From: Macrostomum hystrix
Taxonomy: Eukaryota > Animalia > Platyhelminthes
Direction: 5' to 3'
Assembly (NCBI GenBank): GCA_950097015.1
Contig: CATNEN010000038.1
Location: 15,128,001 to 15,192,000, forward strand
Length of the DNA: 64,000 nucleotides
Shown: piece by piece, positions 1 to 12,661 of the stretch
How the letters are laid out: each line of letters begins with the position of its first letter
Numbering within the stretch: position 1 is the first letter of the stretch
Position numbers and translations under genes: made by a program
The notes under the pieces: model-generated
The model's input: the letters and a program-made list of their open reading frames with translations, nothing else
Told to the model about the DNA's origin: nothing
The model's database searches: none

Positions 1-3000
1 CGGGTGAGTCGACAGCCGCGGCAGGCTTCGAGTCCGTCAGCGTTGCCGCTGTCTCATTAGATCGAGTTCTAGTAGTCCCAGCGGCTCTGGACTGTTCTCG
101 CTTGATTCGGTTCCTATAGAAGACTGTGCCAGGCCCGTAGGGATCAATCAGGGCTCCCCTATTCGGGATGAAATGCGCCACGCTGCCTGATCGAATCGCG
201 TAGCTCGGCGCCGACGCGGCAGCAGCGGCCGCTTCTCTACGCAGCGCGTCGGCCCGTCTAGCCGCGTTGATTCTGGCGCAGAGGCAGCGAATGAGCGGGA
301 CTCGAGAGTCCAAAGGCCGACTGGCCCGGTTGGCGAGTTTCGCTCGGGCTCGCTCGGCCAACGCCTCCTGGGTGCGGCCCGGGTTCCGCCTGTTCCTAGC
401 CAGGCGATCAAAATTCTTCGCGTCCAATAGGAACACGACGGTCGGCTGGGTGCAGACAATTGACTGGGCGTAGGTCGCCAGCTCCATGCCGTGCTCAACA
501 TCTCCGATGAGTTCTCCTGGTCCGACTAGGGACAGCTCGAGGTGGCGCAACTGCTGCTGCTGATGCTGATGATGATGATGATGATGATGATGCAGATGGT
601 TGAGGCGTCTGTGAGGTGCTGTTTGAGCTCGCTCATCTAGTCCACTGGATACAGGGATAAATAGGTAACATTAATAATATTGCTGCTGAATAATGAACTC
701 TAAAACTTTTCTAAGCTTTCAAAATTTTCCTCTCGACACTTTGCACAACACTCGAATGTTGTTTGTCACATTCTGAATAATTAATAATGTTGTCTTACAA
801 TGAAAACATGCTGCTCGGCCGCGTCTATATTCATAGTCACGAAGCTTAAACAATAGTGTGTTAAGCAAAGTAAAGTAAAGATCCTTTCACTTTCTGTTTG
901 CCAATGCATCTCATGGAGCATGTCTGTCGTGTCTTATGATGCCTGAACAGGGAGTCAATATATTCTTAGTAGACTTTAAATTAAGGTCCACTAGAAGAAG
1001 AAGGACGGGACACTTGGTTAGCTTCATTCATGTACGAGTAAAATAGTTCTTTATACTCGTTATCAATGTTTTATGTGAAAAAAAACGCGAACAGTTCCTA
1101 TATCGCTAGTGCATAGTCACAGAGCAGAGAGACAAAGTTCTGTCACCTGTCAATCGAGATTCTTCCAACAGCTGTTGCTGTAATGTCGTCTGTTCCAGCA
1201 GCTGGCGTTGAGCTGCTGGCGAATTCTTGAAGTGCCAGCTGCGGATACTGGCTGATGTGCATCGGAATGTTCACCACAACTTTGGCCTGACCGCTGCGAA
1301 AATTAATTGGCAGGTTGGGGCGAATGTGAAAGGTTCTGATTGGCTGCTGAGAATGTACATTACATTCTGTCAGAATCGTAGTAAGGTTGCAACCATGGAA
1401 GCACCACGAAAAGTACATACATTTCTCATTAAATAAAAGTACATTAACTAGACGCAACAAAAAATCTTATCCGTAAACATTACACACAAAATTTGAAGTA
1501 CATTCACTACACGCCCTATGAAACGTACATTTAGTGCACACCAAAGGAAAAGTACATTTATTTTACGCCATTTGAAAGTACACCACATGAAAAGTACTTC
1601 CAGTACGCAAAAAGAATAAATCGATTCGGTACACGCAACATGATAAGTACATGCAATACACACTATATTAAAAGTACATTCACTACGCACCATTTAAAAA
1701 TTACTTTCCGTACACACAATATGAAAAGTACTTTCACTAAGTACCATATTAAAAGTACAATCATTACGGACCATTTAAAAAGTACATTCACAACACACCC
1801 AATGAAAATTAAACTCATCACGCACCACAACAAAAGTACATACATTACGTACCATATTAAAAGTACATTGATTTCGGACCGAATGAAAAGTACATTCACA
1901 ACGCACGATGTTAAATGTACATTCACCACACACCCAATTAAAATTATATTCATCACGCATAATAAGGAAACTACATACATTACAGACCATATTAAAAGCA
2001 CATTCAGTACACACCTTATTAAAAGTACATTCAGTACACACCATATGAAAAGTACATACATTACAAACCTGATAATGAAATGCAGCCCATCAAGCGGCTC
2101 TCCCTGTTTAACGATGGCCGCGTCGAACGAGAAGTTCTCCTTCCTGAGGCTCATGGCTGCCTGTCGCCTATACTTTGACGGCCAGGAGTCGAAAACGTCG
2201 CAATTGTTGACAAACTCGAAGCGCTCTCTTAGTTCGGCCTCTTGAACAACCTTCAAAGACCGATTGTACAGGCTCCGATTGACTTCAATTAGCTGGGTGG
2301 CTTCGTCAGCAATGATGGAGGCGTTGCGAACGCAGTCCTTGTTGATTAGGGCCAGCTCGCCGAAGCTTTTTCCGGCACCTGGGATTGATCAGCAACTCAA
2401 TCGGTCTTAGATACGAATAAAATTCTAAACTAAAGTCTTCATCTCAAAGAAGACAGCAAGTTAAATCGAACTCAAAGAAGACAACAGCTCAAATCGAACT
2501 CAAAGAAGACAACAGCTCAAACCGAACTCAACGAAGACAACAGCTCAAACCGAACTCAACGAAGACAACAGCTCAAATCGAACTCAAAGAAGACAACAAC
2601 TCAAACCGAACTCAAAGAAGACAACAGCTCAAATCGAACTCAAAGTAGAGAGTTTAATTCAATCGAACTCAAAGAAGACAGCAACTCAAATCGAACTCAA
2701 AGAAGACAGCAACTCAAATCGAACTCAAAGAAGACAACAGCTCAAATCGAACTCAAAGAAGACAACAGCTCAAATCGAACTCAAAGAAGACAACAACTCA
2801 AACCGAACTCAAAGAAGACAACAGCTCAAATCGAACTCAAAGTAGAGAGTTTAATTCAATCGAACTCAAAGAAGACAGCAAGTCAATCGAACTCAAAGAA
2901 GACAGCAACTCAAATCGAACTCAAAAAGACAGCAACTCAAATCGAACTCAAAGAAGACAACAGCTCAAATCGAACTCAAAGAAGACAACAGCTCAAATCG

Positions 3001-6000
3001 AACTCAAAGAAGACAACAGCTCAAATCGAACTCAAAGAAGACAACAGCTCAAATCGAACTCAAAGAAGACAACAGCTCAAATCGAACTCAAAGAAGACAA
3101 CAGCTCAAACCGAACTCAAATAAGACAACAGCTCAAACCGAACTCAAAGATAACAACAGCTCAAATCGAACTCAAAGAAGACAACAGCTCAAACCGAACT
3201 CAAAGAAGACAACAGCTCAAATCGAACTCAAAGAAGACAAAAGCTCAAATCGAACTCAAAGAAGACAACAGCTCAAATCGAACTCAAAGAAGACAACAGC
3301 TCAAACCGAACTCAAAGAAGACACGCCAGATCAGCATAACTTCAAGAAGATTCCGATTTCTGCAATCATTTCTGCTAAAGACAACGGTCGTCGATTGACT
3401 TACCAAAGCTCACGATGAAATTGCCGTACTTTGTTCGATCCAGTTCTTTTCTTTCTAAAGCAGCAGCAGCAGCAGCAGCTGCGATGGTGGCCTTGCTGTT
3501 TTTTCTTTTCAGACTGCTCACATTGATAGGTCGCTTCTCTGCTTGTGATGCCTCGTCGACCACGATCTTGGCGTTGGCGTTTTCTGCGTCAGGCACATCG
3601 TCAGGATCGTCAGGCACAGCCTCGGTGTTGATGTACACACTGACGCTGCCGTCCAAGATTATGTAGAAACTGGTTCAACGACAGGTATTGAGGGTCATAT
3701 ATTGTGTGTTGTTAAAAACCGTGATATTCCAAATCACAAGGTGAGATTTGAAAACTTAAATTGAGACTTTTAAATCATGAGGTGAGACTTTGAAATCATG
3801 AGGTGAGACTTTGAAATCATGAGGTGAGACTTTGAAATCATGAGGTGAGACTTTGAAATCATGAGGTGAGACTTTGAAATCATGAGGTGAGACTTTGAAA
3901 TCATGAGGTGAGACTTTGAAATCATGAGGTGAGACTTTGAAATCATGAGGTGAGACTTTGAAATCATGAGGTGAGACTTTGAAATCATGAGGTGAGACTT
4001 TGAAATCATGAGGTGAGACTTTGAAATCATGAGGTGAGATTTGAAGTCATCATGAGAGATTTTTTAGGAACAGAAAATGAAGACCAGGATCTTACCAATC
4101 TCCCAAATCGCCCTGCCTGATGATGATGTCGTCGCGTTTGCACAGACGGAATTCGCAGTTTCTAAGAATGTCCTTAGCAACATCTGAGAGTGGAAGATTT
4201 TGTAGTTAAAGGAATAGAAGAATACAATAAATTACTTCAGGATAAATAATAGCTAAATGAGCCGCAAAGAAAAAGCACGACAAATTCGTGAATTCATAAA
4301 TTGATTAAAAATCATGAAATTCAATAGGAAATTACAGGACATATAACATGGAAATAACGTGTCATAGGAAAGGACACGGTAAGAGAGGAGAGGATAGGAG
4401 AGGACAGGTTAGGAGAGGACAGGTTAGGAGAGGACAGGTTAGTAGAGGACAGGATAGGAGAGGACAGGGTAGGAGAGGACAGGGTAGGACAGGATAGGAG
4501 AGGACTGGGTAGGACAGAGTAAGACAGGATAGGAGAGGACAGGGTAGGAGAGGACAGGGTAGGAGAGGACAGGGTAGGAGAGGACAGGGTAGGAGAGGTT
4601 AAGACAGGATAGGAGAGGACAGGGTAGGACAGGATAGGAGAGGACAGGGTAGGACAGGGTAAGACAGGATAGGAGAGGACAGGGTAGGACAGGGTAAGAC
4701 AGGACAGGAGAGGACAGGGTAGGAGAGGACAGGGTAGGACAGGATAGGAGAGGACAGGGTAGGACAGGGTAAGACAGGACAGGAGAGGACAGGGTAGGAC
4801 AGGGTAAGACAGGATAGGAGAGGACAGGGTAAGACAGGATAGGAGAGGACAAGGTAGGACAGGGTAAGACAGGATAGGAGAGGACAGGGTAGGACAGAGT
4901 AAGACAGGATAGGAGAGGACAGGGTAGGACAGGATAGGAGAGGACAGGGTAGGACAGGGTAAGACAGGATAGGAGAGGACAGGTTAGTAGAGGACAGGGT
5001 AGGAGAGGACAGGGTAGGAGAGGACAGGGTAGGAGAGGACAGGGTAGGAGAGGACAGGGTAGGAGAGGACAGGGTAGGAGAGGACAGGGTAGGACAGGAT
5101 AGGAGAGGACAGGGTAGGACAGGGTAAGACAGGATAGGAGAGGACAGGGTAGGACAGGGTAAGACAGGATAGGAGAGGACAGGTTAGTAGAGGACAGGAT
5201 AGGAGAGGACAGGGTAGGAGAGGACAGGGTAGGAGAGGACAGGGTAGGAGAGGACAGGGTAGGAGAGGACAGGGTAGGAGAGGACAGGGTAGGAGAGGAC
5301 AGGGTAGGAGAGGACAGGGTAGGAGAGGACAGGGTAGGAGAGGTTAAGACAGGATATGAGAGGACAGGGTAGGACAGGGTAAGACATGATAGGAGAGGAC
5401 AGGGTAGGACAGGATAGGAGAGGACAGGGTAGGACAGGGTAAGACAGGATACGAGAGGACAGGGTAGGACAGGGTAAGACAGGATAGGAGAGGACAGGTT
5501 AGTAGAGGACAGGATAGGAGAGGACAGGGTAGGAGAGGACAGGGTAGGAGAGGACAGGGTAGGACAGGATAGGAGAGGACAAGGTAGGACAGGCTAAGAC
5601 AGGATAGGAGAGGACAGGGTAAGACAGGATAGGAGAGGACAAGGTAGGACAGGGTAAGACAGGATAGGAGAGGACAAGGTAGGACAGGGTAAGACAGGAT
5701 AGGAGAGGACAAGGTAGGACAGGGTAAGACAGGATAGGAGAGGACAAGGTAGGACAGGGTAAGACAGGATAGGAGAGGACAGGGTAGGACAGGATAGGAG
5801 AGGGCAGGTTAGAAGTGGACAGAATAAGAGAGGACAGGATAGGAGAGGAAAAATGCTATTGTTGCTCAAAGTAATGCCTACGTTGTTATAAAGTTTAGCA
5901 AATCTATTGCAACACACACCACATACCCGGCTTAATATTCAGCGGGCACAAATTAAGGAACCAGTCGACCAATTCGGCAACCTCAGAGTCGGTTCGGTTG

Positions 6001-6044
6001 TCCGCGGACTTGCTGATGCATTGGACAATATGTCCAAGAGACAT
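1..6044 (-). CDS. Cyclic nucleotide-binding domain protein (CNBD2-like), 3' end outside window
   Basis: Phase-consistent GT-AG exons 5927-6044 (ATG, MSLGHIVQCISK), 4096-4183 (IIIRQGDLGD), 3404-3669 (CFYIILDGSV), 2069-2378 (GKSFGELALINKDCVRNASI phosphate-binding cassette; then IVKQGEPLDGLHFII), 1147-1293 and 1-644 (poly-His/Gln, GPGELIGDVE). Two CNB domains. Confidence 0.85.
1430..2066. repeat. Degenerate 27-bp intronic minisatellite (aaaagtacattcactacgcaccatatt-like)
   Basis: 9-aa periodicity in the spurious ORFs; array begins next to the intron donor at 2068. Confidence 0.85.
2440..3323. repeat. 28-bp intronic minisatellite (aactcaaagaagacaacagctcaaatcg)
   Basis: Direct tandem copies visible in sequence. 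Confidence 0.95.
3730..4050. repeat. 21-bp intronic minisatellite (gaaatcatgaggtgagacttt)
   Basis: Perfect tandem copies with degenerate edges. Confidence 0.95.
4380..5850. repeat. Purine-rich pentamer-module satellite (aggag/aggac/agggt/aggat/aagac)
   Basis: 1.5 kb built from 5-bp modules in CNBD2-like intron 1. Confidence 0.95.
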
Positions 6045-6859
6045 GACTAATTGTCTAAGATGAATCTAGCTAGGAATTGTTCGTCTGTTAAATCTTCACG
6101 ACAGCGCCAGTTGATAAGTGATGCGCAAAAAAGAAGTATATAGTTTTGATAAAAGCGACCAGTTTTCAACTAAATATTAATAAGACACACCCTTTTGCAG
6201 CTCTAGTCTCTAATGTGAGGCGTTACTTGTGCCGTAAAATGAGTATACTTAAAGATAGAAAACTGCAAATGAGAGAGAGAAAAAGACACACTGGGAATCT
6301 ATGAGAGCGGTAAAGCAATGCGCTTGGCAACCTAGCGTTGACCAATTAGAAATCGTTTCGACTTAAACCCCACCGGGTGTCCCCACGATGGAGATTAGGC
6401 ATTTTTACTGCTGTTTTATGGAGACAAATTTATTCGAGCTTAAGTCTCTTCATTTGCTCATCGTAAAATTGCTTTATAGTATAGTCAAATTTTGAGTCTT
6501 TCCAAGTCTTTAATCTTTCTTTGACAGAGACAAACAAACTTTGCAGGAATGTGTTTACAATGCGCCTTATAACAAAGGTCTATTATGAGAGGGTTTCTAA
6601 ACCTGAGCCTAACTGGTTAGCAGCACAGCAAGAGTTGAAATAGAAGCGTGAATTAAAAAAACGTTGCCTAATTCGTGAGTTTGTTGGCCTCTTCAATATA
6701 TGCTTCAACTTGGCTAGCGAAAATTGTTTTTTCTTATCAAGTACTCTTCAGAGTAAATAGAATTTTTCTTTCTGTCCTCATAAGAATTTAACACCTTCGC
6801 TGAAACTTGTTGAATAGACTGGACTAAACTGGTTTGACTGCCCACAGGGCCGACTTAAG

Positions 6860-7310
6860 ATCATTATAGATAAGGGATCTTGAATGAGAACATAGATAAC
6901 GGATCTTTGATGGGATGGGAATCCCATCTTGAATGGGATCATAGATAACGGATCTTGAATGGGATCATAGATGAGGGATCTTAAATGGGATCATAGATAA
7001 GGGATCTTGAACGGGATCATAGATGAGGGATCTTAAATAGGATCATAGATAAGGGATCTTGAATGGGATCATAGATGAGGGATCTTAAATGGGATCATAG
7101 ATAAGGGATCTTGAATGGGATCATAGATGAGGGATCTTAAATGGGATCATAGATAAGGGATCTTGAATGGGATCATAGATGAGGGATCGTCAATGGGATC
7201 ATAGATAAGGGATCGTCAATAGGATCATAGATAAAATATCATGAATGGGATCATAGATGAGGGATCTTGAATGGGATCATAGATGAGGGATCTTGAATGG
7301 GATCATAGAT
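6860..7310. repeat. 26-bp minisatellite (gggatcatagataagggatcttgaat)
   Basis: Tandem copies, intergenic. Confidence 0.9.
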
Positions 7311-7383
7311 CATAAGTCTTAGTCCGAATCTTTACCCTAGTCTTAGACTTAGAACTAAAGTTACACTTGATCTAGCCTAGCCT

Positions 7384-7640
7384 AGAGGGGTCGCAGGCTA
7401 CTGGTAAGATTGTCGTACTCACGACTTGAAGTTTGGGGGTTCGATTCCCGACTCCACGGGAACAATGTGTCCTTTAGCAGGTCACTTAACTCTGCATTGC
7501 TTCAACTCACCAAGCAGTTAAATGGGTACCAACATTAGCTGGGGGTAATCGAGGGTGGGTTTGGCCTTCCCCCCAGTCCATGGATGAACATTTGTACGCA
7601 GCTTACAGATCTGGACGCACATCTGGCCGGTTAGGGGAAG
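7384..7640 (+). mobile_element. tRNA-derived SINE, family 1 (CORE-like central domain)
   Basis: B-box ggttcgattcc, then tgtgtcctttagcaggtcacttaactctgcattgcttc...aaatgggtacc; alignable by eye to copies at 34690 and 59721. Confidence 0.75.
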
Positions 7641-7984
7641 TTGTTATAAAATATTATTTTTATTGTTGAGAGGACAAATGTTTTTAGGCTTAGACATTCT
7701 GTACAAACTACAAGAATCAAAATTAAGACTTCCTGTCAGATTTTTGCGTGGCAGCTGCTAGCAGCAAAATTCGCGCAACAATCTTATTTTCTTTTGCATT
7801 AAACTATAGGTTTGCATGCATTTAAGTGACAAACTTAAAGTTATGAAGAGTACTTGTATAAGTAGGCAGTAAAGCATGTTTTCATTTCAGCATGGACACA
7901 ATAAATTTCTCAGTAAATTGCGATTAATATACTGACATACAGACAGACATTCTACTTGAGAGGTTCAAATGTTCCGGTTCAAAG

Positions 7985-8260
7985 AACCTGTAGGACCATT
8001 ATTTAGGGTCCCGTTGGACCATTATTAAAGGACCTGTACCATCCCTTAAGAACCCGTAGGAATATTAGCTCGTATTTAAGGACCTGTAGGACCAATATTT
8101 GAGGATCTGTAGCATCAGGACCTTATCATTAAAAACCATTAGGACCATAAATTAAGGAACTGTAATTATTTATGGAGCCGTAGCACCAATTGTTATAATA
8201 TTCGGGATCAATATTTATAAAACATTGGACCAGGATGTAAGGACCATATGACCATTATGT
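7985..8260. repeat. Highly degenerate tandem repeat (aggacc.tgtaggaccattatt-like) 3' of SNRNP27
   Basis: Recurrent ggacc/gtagga words at about 24-26 bp spacing. Confidence 0.55.
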
Positions 8261-8333
8261 AACGATCTTTACATGTCCAGCATTTATCAAGCCAAGTAAA
8301 GAGTTGAAACAAACTGTCAAGTAGCAGGTGACA

Positions 8334-10672
8334 TCAATTCACAGGATCAAGAGGCCTGTTAAAGCCTCCTCGCCTATTCATATACTGCCTATACTTTCTC
8401 TTCTTGGCAATATGAGCCACGTAGATGTCATTGTTCTCCACCTTCTTGCCCTTCGTGGAGCCGAAGCCGCAGAAGCCCATTAGCTGCATCATGCCAATCT
8501 CTTCCTCAGTCCTGACGGTGAAATCTTCTTCTCGCATCGGCCTTGGCTCAGCCGGCGCAAAAACCGGGCCGGCTGCGGCTGCCGAGGCGCCGCCACCGAA
8601 CAGGCTGCCAGCAGCTGCGGATGACGAAGAAGATCCGGCTGCTACAGCTGCCGCCATTGAAGAAGTCGAGGACGAAGCTGGAGTAGGCTTGGGAGCGGAC
8701 TGTTTTGAAGAAGTCGATGACGTCTGATGATGCCTGTCACGGTCGCGGTCCCTGTCGCGGTCGCGCGCCCGATCCCTGTCACGGTCACGATCGCGGTCAC
8801 GGTTGCGTTCACGATCTCGATCGCGTTCACGACTGCGACTTCGGGAGCGCCTACCACCACGATCTGGGGTGAGGTGTCGGAGATTAAGATTGATTTAAAC
8901 TGATTAGTCATCATTGAATATCGAATGACTGTTAATTTTATACTAGTCTATACTCAATGGATCTGATAAGGTAGAGGAGTCTAGACTTCCTTTAGCTAAG
9001 CTAGCTAGTAGCTATGGATGGCTTTTAGACAATTAGCGAAATGAGAACTATAGAGGTTTATTAAAAAGTAATAATTAAAAAGTCACAGAAAAATCTAGCA
9101 GACAGATGCAGCTTCACTTTTGTTGCATCCCTGGATAGGTACAGCATATCCAGGGTGTGCTCAGGAGTCAGTAAAACAGTTAATAGACCAACTTTCAATC
9201 AAACCATATGCTGGTGGTATGACTAGCTATAGTCCTATACTGCAAATAGGCCATAGCTAGAAGTTGTTGAAAGACAATAACTCACAATATTAATTCTAGG
9301 TTTTGAGTAAAAGCTGGGTTAGCTACTTAGCAATTAGCTAACTATTAACTACCATACATGCGCAACACCTGGCCGACCCAGCCGAACCAGCCAGGTGAAA
9401 CGAGGGCCAAGCAAAGTAAGTTGCAAAAACCAATCGACCAAGCGCAAAAAAATCAAAGGGGGGACCAAGGGACAAAAAAGGAAGGCATGAAGAAAAGGAA
9501 AAAGGGTAGAGAAAAAGAGAGCAAATGAGAGCAAACTAAGTTGTAGATAGAGCAAAAACTAAGTTGCACGGCCGGCTAAGATTTGGGAGGTTGCGCATGT
9601 ATGTTAACTACAAACTAACTAGATACTGTAAAATGAGTGTTTTTTACTAATCAATGCATAAGATTGCTTTTAACTTCTTACATAATAACCAAGCTATTTT
9701 TATTGAAAAAATATTTGCAAAGCTTTCTTTTAGAAGTGCAAGTCTTATTTTTGGATCCTAGAATTTTCGTCAACTTTTTTTTCGTCAACTGAGAGTTGAC
9801 AAAAATTCATTGGTAGTTGGAATGTTTGTCAACTGCCAATAGGAACAATGGAATCTTTGTCAACTACCAATGAGAAATGTTGAATTTTTGTCAACTGGGT
9901 AGCATTGGATGTGCATTTTACCTCATTTTACTTTTTCGTTTTTCACTTCTAACTTCGACAGTAACAATGCAGTAAACACGTCATTGTTTATTGTTTTACT
10001 TCAAAAATGGTAAAAAATGCAAGAATGGTAAAATTGCGAGAGTTGATCGAACAAATTTTCAATGGTGATTGTGAGGTTGTCACTATTTAAGACTTTCACT
10101 GTGCACATTAGTTCTTCTCTTCTCGCACTCTAATCTTCCAAGCCATCTACAGTGCACATTGATTTGCATTTACAGTACTTTTTTTGTGCGATAACTGTCT
10201 GAAGTGCTTCACATAATTCAAACTTGCATATTAAAATTACATTAAATTAAAGAAACAACGTCACAAACACATGTTGAATATGCAATAAATCGTGCACAAA
10301 GGCACTAAGTTCTCTGATGCCTTCAGTCTGTCTGTGGAACTTTTGTCAACAGGCAATGGAAGATTTGGAATATTTGTCAACCAAGTTGACGAAAAAAAAG
10401 TTGACGAAAATTCGATAAACCTTATTTTTAGGTCAAGTTTGGACTATAAAATATTATAATAGCTAATAATAGCTATTACGTAAAATAACAATTAAATTTA
10501 AGTAACAAGGTTATTAGTGATATAGGTAATCCTACAAAGTTAAAAAAAACACATAATCTAGGAAAGATAGAACACCAATGAAAAATAGTTACCTAAGCTG
10601 GAAATTGCCAGCTAAAATAGTATTTGCAGGAATGTTAATTTAATTACCTCGAGCTGGGGAATGCCTTGGCAT
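8334..10672 (-). CDS. SNRNP27: U4/U6.U5 snRNP 27 kDa protein
   Basis: Exon 10648-10672 (MPRHSPAR) spliced to 8334-8863: RS/RD-rich N-terminus and the conserved C-terminus [18 protein letters not shown]...[19 protein letters not shown]. Confidence 0.93.
9753..10420. mobile_element. MITE / non-autonomous TIR DNA transposon in the SNRNP27 intron
   Basis: Perfect 30-bp inverted repeat at 9761-9790 and 10384-10413; flanking direct repeat cttattttt (9744-9752, 10421-10429); internal tttgtcaac sub-repeats; no ORF. Confidence 0.85.
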
Positions 10673-11999
10673 AGCAGATTTTTTTATTTACACGTGTCTT
10701 GGGTTTAGTTCACAGCAGGTGCAGGTCGAGGTTTTTTATTAATTTTAGTCTAGCTACACCTACACTGAATCTGACCTAGTTTTGTCTTAAAAAAGAAGTA
10801 GAGCAACTTTCTTTTAAACGTTTTATGAGTCTAACAATGTAACTGTGCTACAAGGTTTTATTGAATTTATATTAAAGTGTAAAGACACTTAATAACACAG
10901 TGTGAAGAGTAAACGTAAATTCGGGCCCAAAACTATCTACAAAAACAAAATCTTCTCTTTCAAAGATTTCTTAGAAGAGGTTGGTGAAATATCATTATTT
11001 TTGCTGTTTAAATTAGACTCCAGAAATTTCTGCATTTTACTCAAAGTAACAAATAAAAGCTATGAATGCAGCCTTAAAAGCCAATAAAGACTGTTTTAGT
11101 GCATTATTCATCTGTTAATTAAAATTAGTCTTTTAACTTTTGCTATAAATTCAAAGCCTAATTAAATATCGTACAATTACGTACTTTGTGTCGCCATAGT
11201 GCAATAAATTTACCATTGACCTAATCAATGTAAGTCTCTTGGTCATGCATAGTAGTACCGGTGGTTGTTAAAATACTAATCATACAATAATTTGACAAGT
11301 TTTCTTGCCAAATTATAACCTAAATTTAGTTTATAACATTACACAAATGATACACAGCCTTAGCTGTGCGATGGGATTGTAGCTTGTAGGTGGCTCGCTT
11401 TTAATTTGTATATTTGTATAACGTATTTGTATAAACAGCAAAGTTAATCTGGTTGATAGTTTTTCTATATAGGTTTGCAGTACAGTATACATGTATTGGA
11501 GTTTTACTCGGAATATTTCAGACATGAAAGGAAACCACTTTTTCATTTGCGTGCAAGCTTATATAGATCAATATTTGCCAGTGATTATTGATTTTATGCA
11601 CAATAATAGAATATGTTAGTTCGCGGGCATTCACAGAGGATCTGCATTGACTTAAAAGATATATATTTTAGGTTTATATTGACGGCAATTAGCCTTTACG
11701 TAAAAGTTCATTTACGTTATATATTTTATGTGGTGTGGTGTACGTGCGAATTGTATAGTAACTGTGGTAACTTTTGTTTTTTAATGATTTTTTTGAATAA
11801 ATGGAGAATATGATCAGTGAGTAAAAGCTATATTTGATTCATAAAAAGCTTATTTTCTTACACAATTCAATCACAATAGTATAAAAAAGAACAACGCATC
11901 TCTTTATTTAAACACAGAAGCACGTGAGAAAAATTATAGATTTTCTCTGCGAATTTATTAATGGAAATTAAAAAGATACATTAAAAAGAGCAACAAAGG

Positions 12000-12660
12000 A
12001 GGCAATTAGCCCAATAAGTGGCGCACCGCAGAGCCATGCAGCGTGCGAACTAAGTTCGCCCCGTCTGGCGCCCCGGCTTTGCTAAGCAGTCGACGCGTAG
12101 CGCCTGAAACGGGCCCTGCAAGGTCAAGGTGAGCAGCAGCTAGGACGTCCCTGGACAGGTTGACGGCAGTATTTCTCGGCCCGAATCACTTGGCGGCGGC
12201 TAGTCGAAGTCGCGACTGGATCAGGGTGGCGGACGGGCGTTGCAGCTGCAGGGCTATCTCGTCCAAGCTGCCGCTCTAGCGTAGCCTTCAGCGTCCACGT
12301 CCTCGGCGTTGCACAGCAGGACGGTCTCGACCACCGCCTGCCATGACAAAGCCGAGCCGTCTGGCGTTTGGCAGCGCTTTAGACTGGAGGACGGCACAAA
12401 TCGATCGTTAGGCCGCCCATGCATGAAGTCCTCTGCGCTGCATGTCATCCTCAACATGGCGCAACAGACCGCCGGGGTAAGTAGCTCGTAAAACTGCTGA
12501 CAGCGTTCGAGTGAGATATTCTGCCACGTCAGGCCGCGCGGCACGTCTGCAGGCACGGTCAGCACCTCGGTCTTAAGCGCGTTGATTACTAGGTCGATGC
12601 TTGTGCAACCTGGTCAATCTGGAGCTGGGCGCCTTCAGCAGACGACGCGAGGACAGAAGG
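12000..12660 (-). pseudogene. Unidentified degenerate GC-rich coding-like segment
   Basis: GC-rich island abutting the LINE 3' tail; 103-aa ORF plus further frame-shifted protein-like stretches; no recognisable family. Confidence 0.3.
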
Positions 12661-12661
12661 C

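Noticed and set aside
1640-5917. Repetitive ORFs (KSTFTTHH, MISKSHL, SYPVL)
   Set aside because: Translations of intronic tandem repeats inside the CNBD2-like gene
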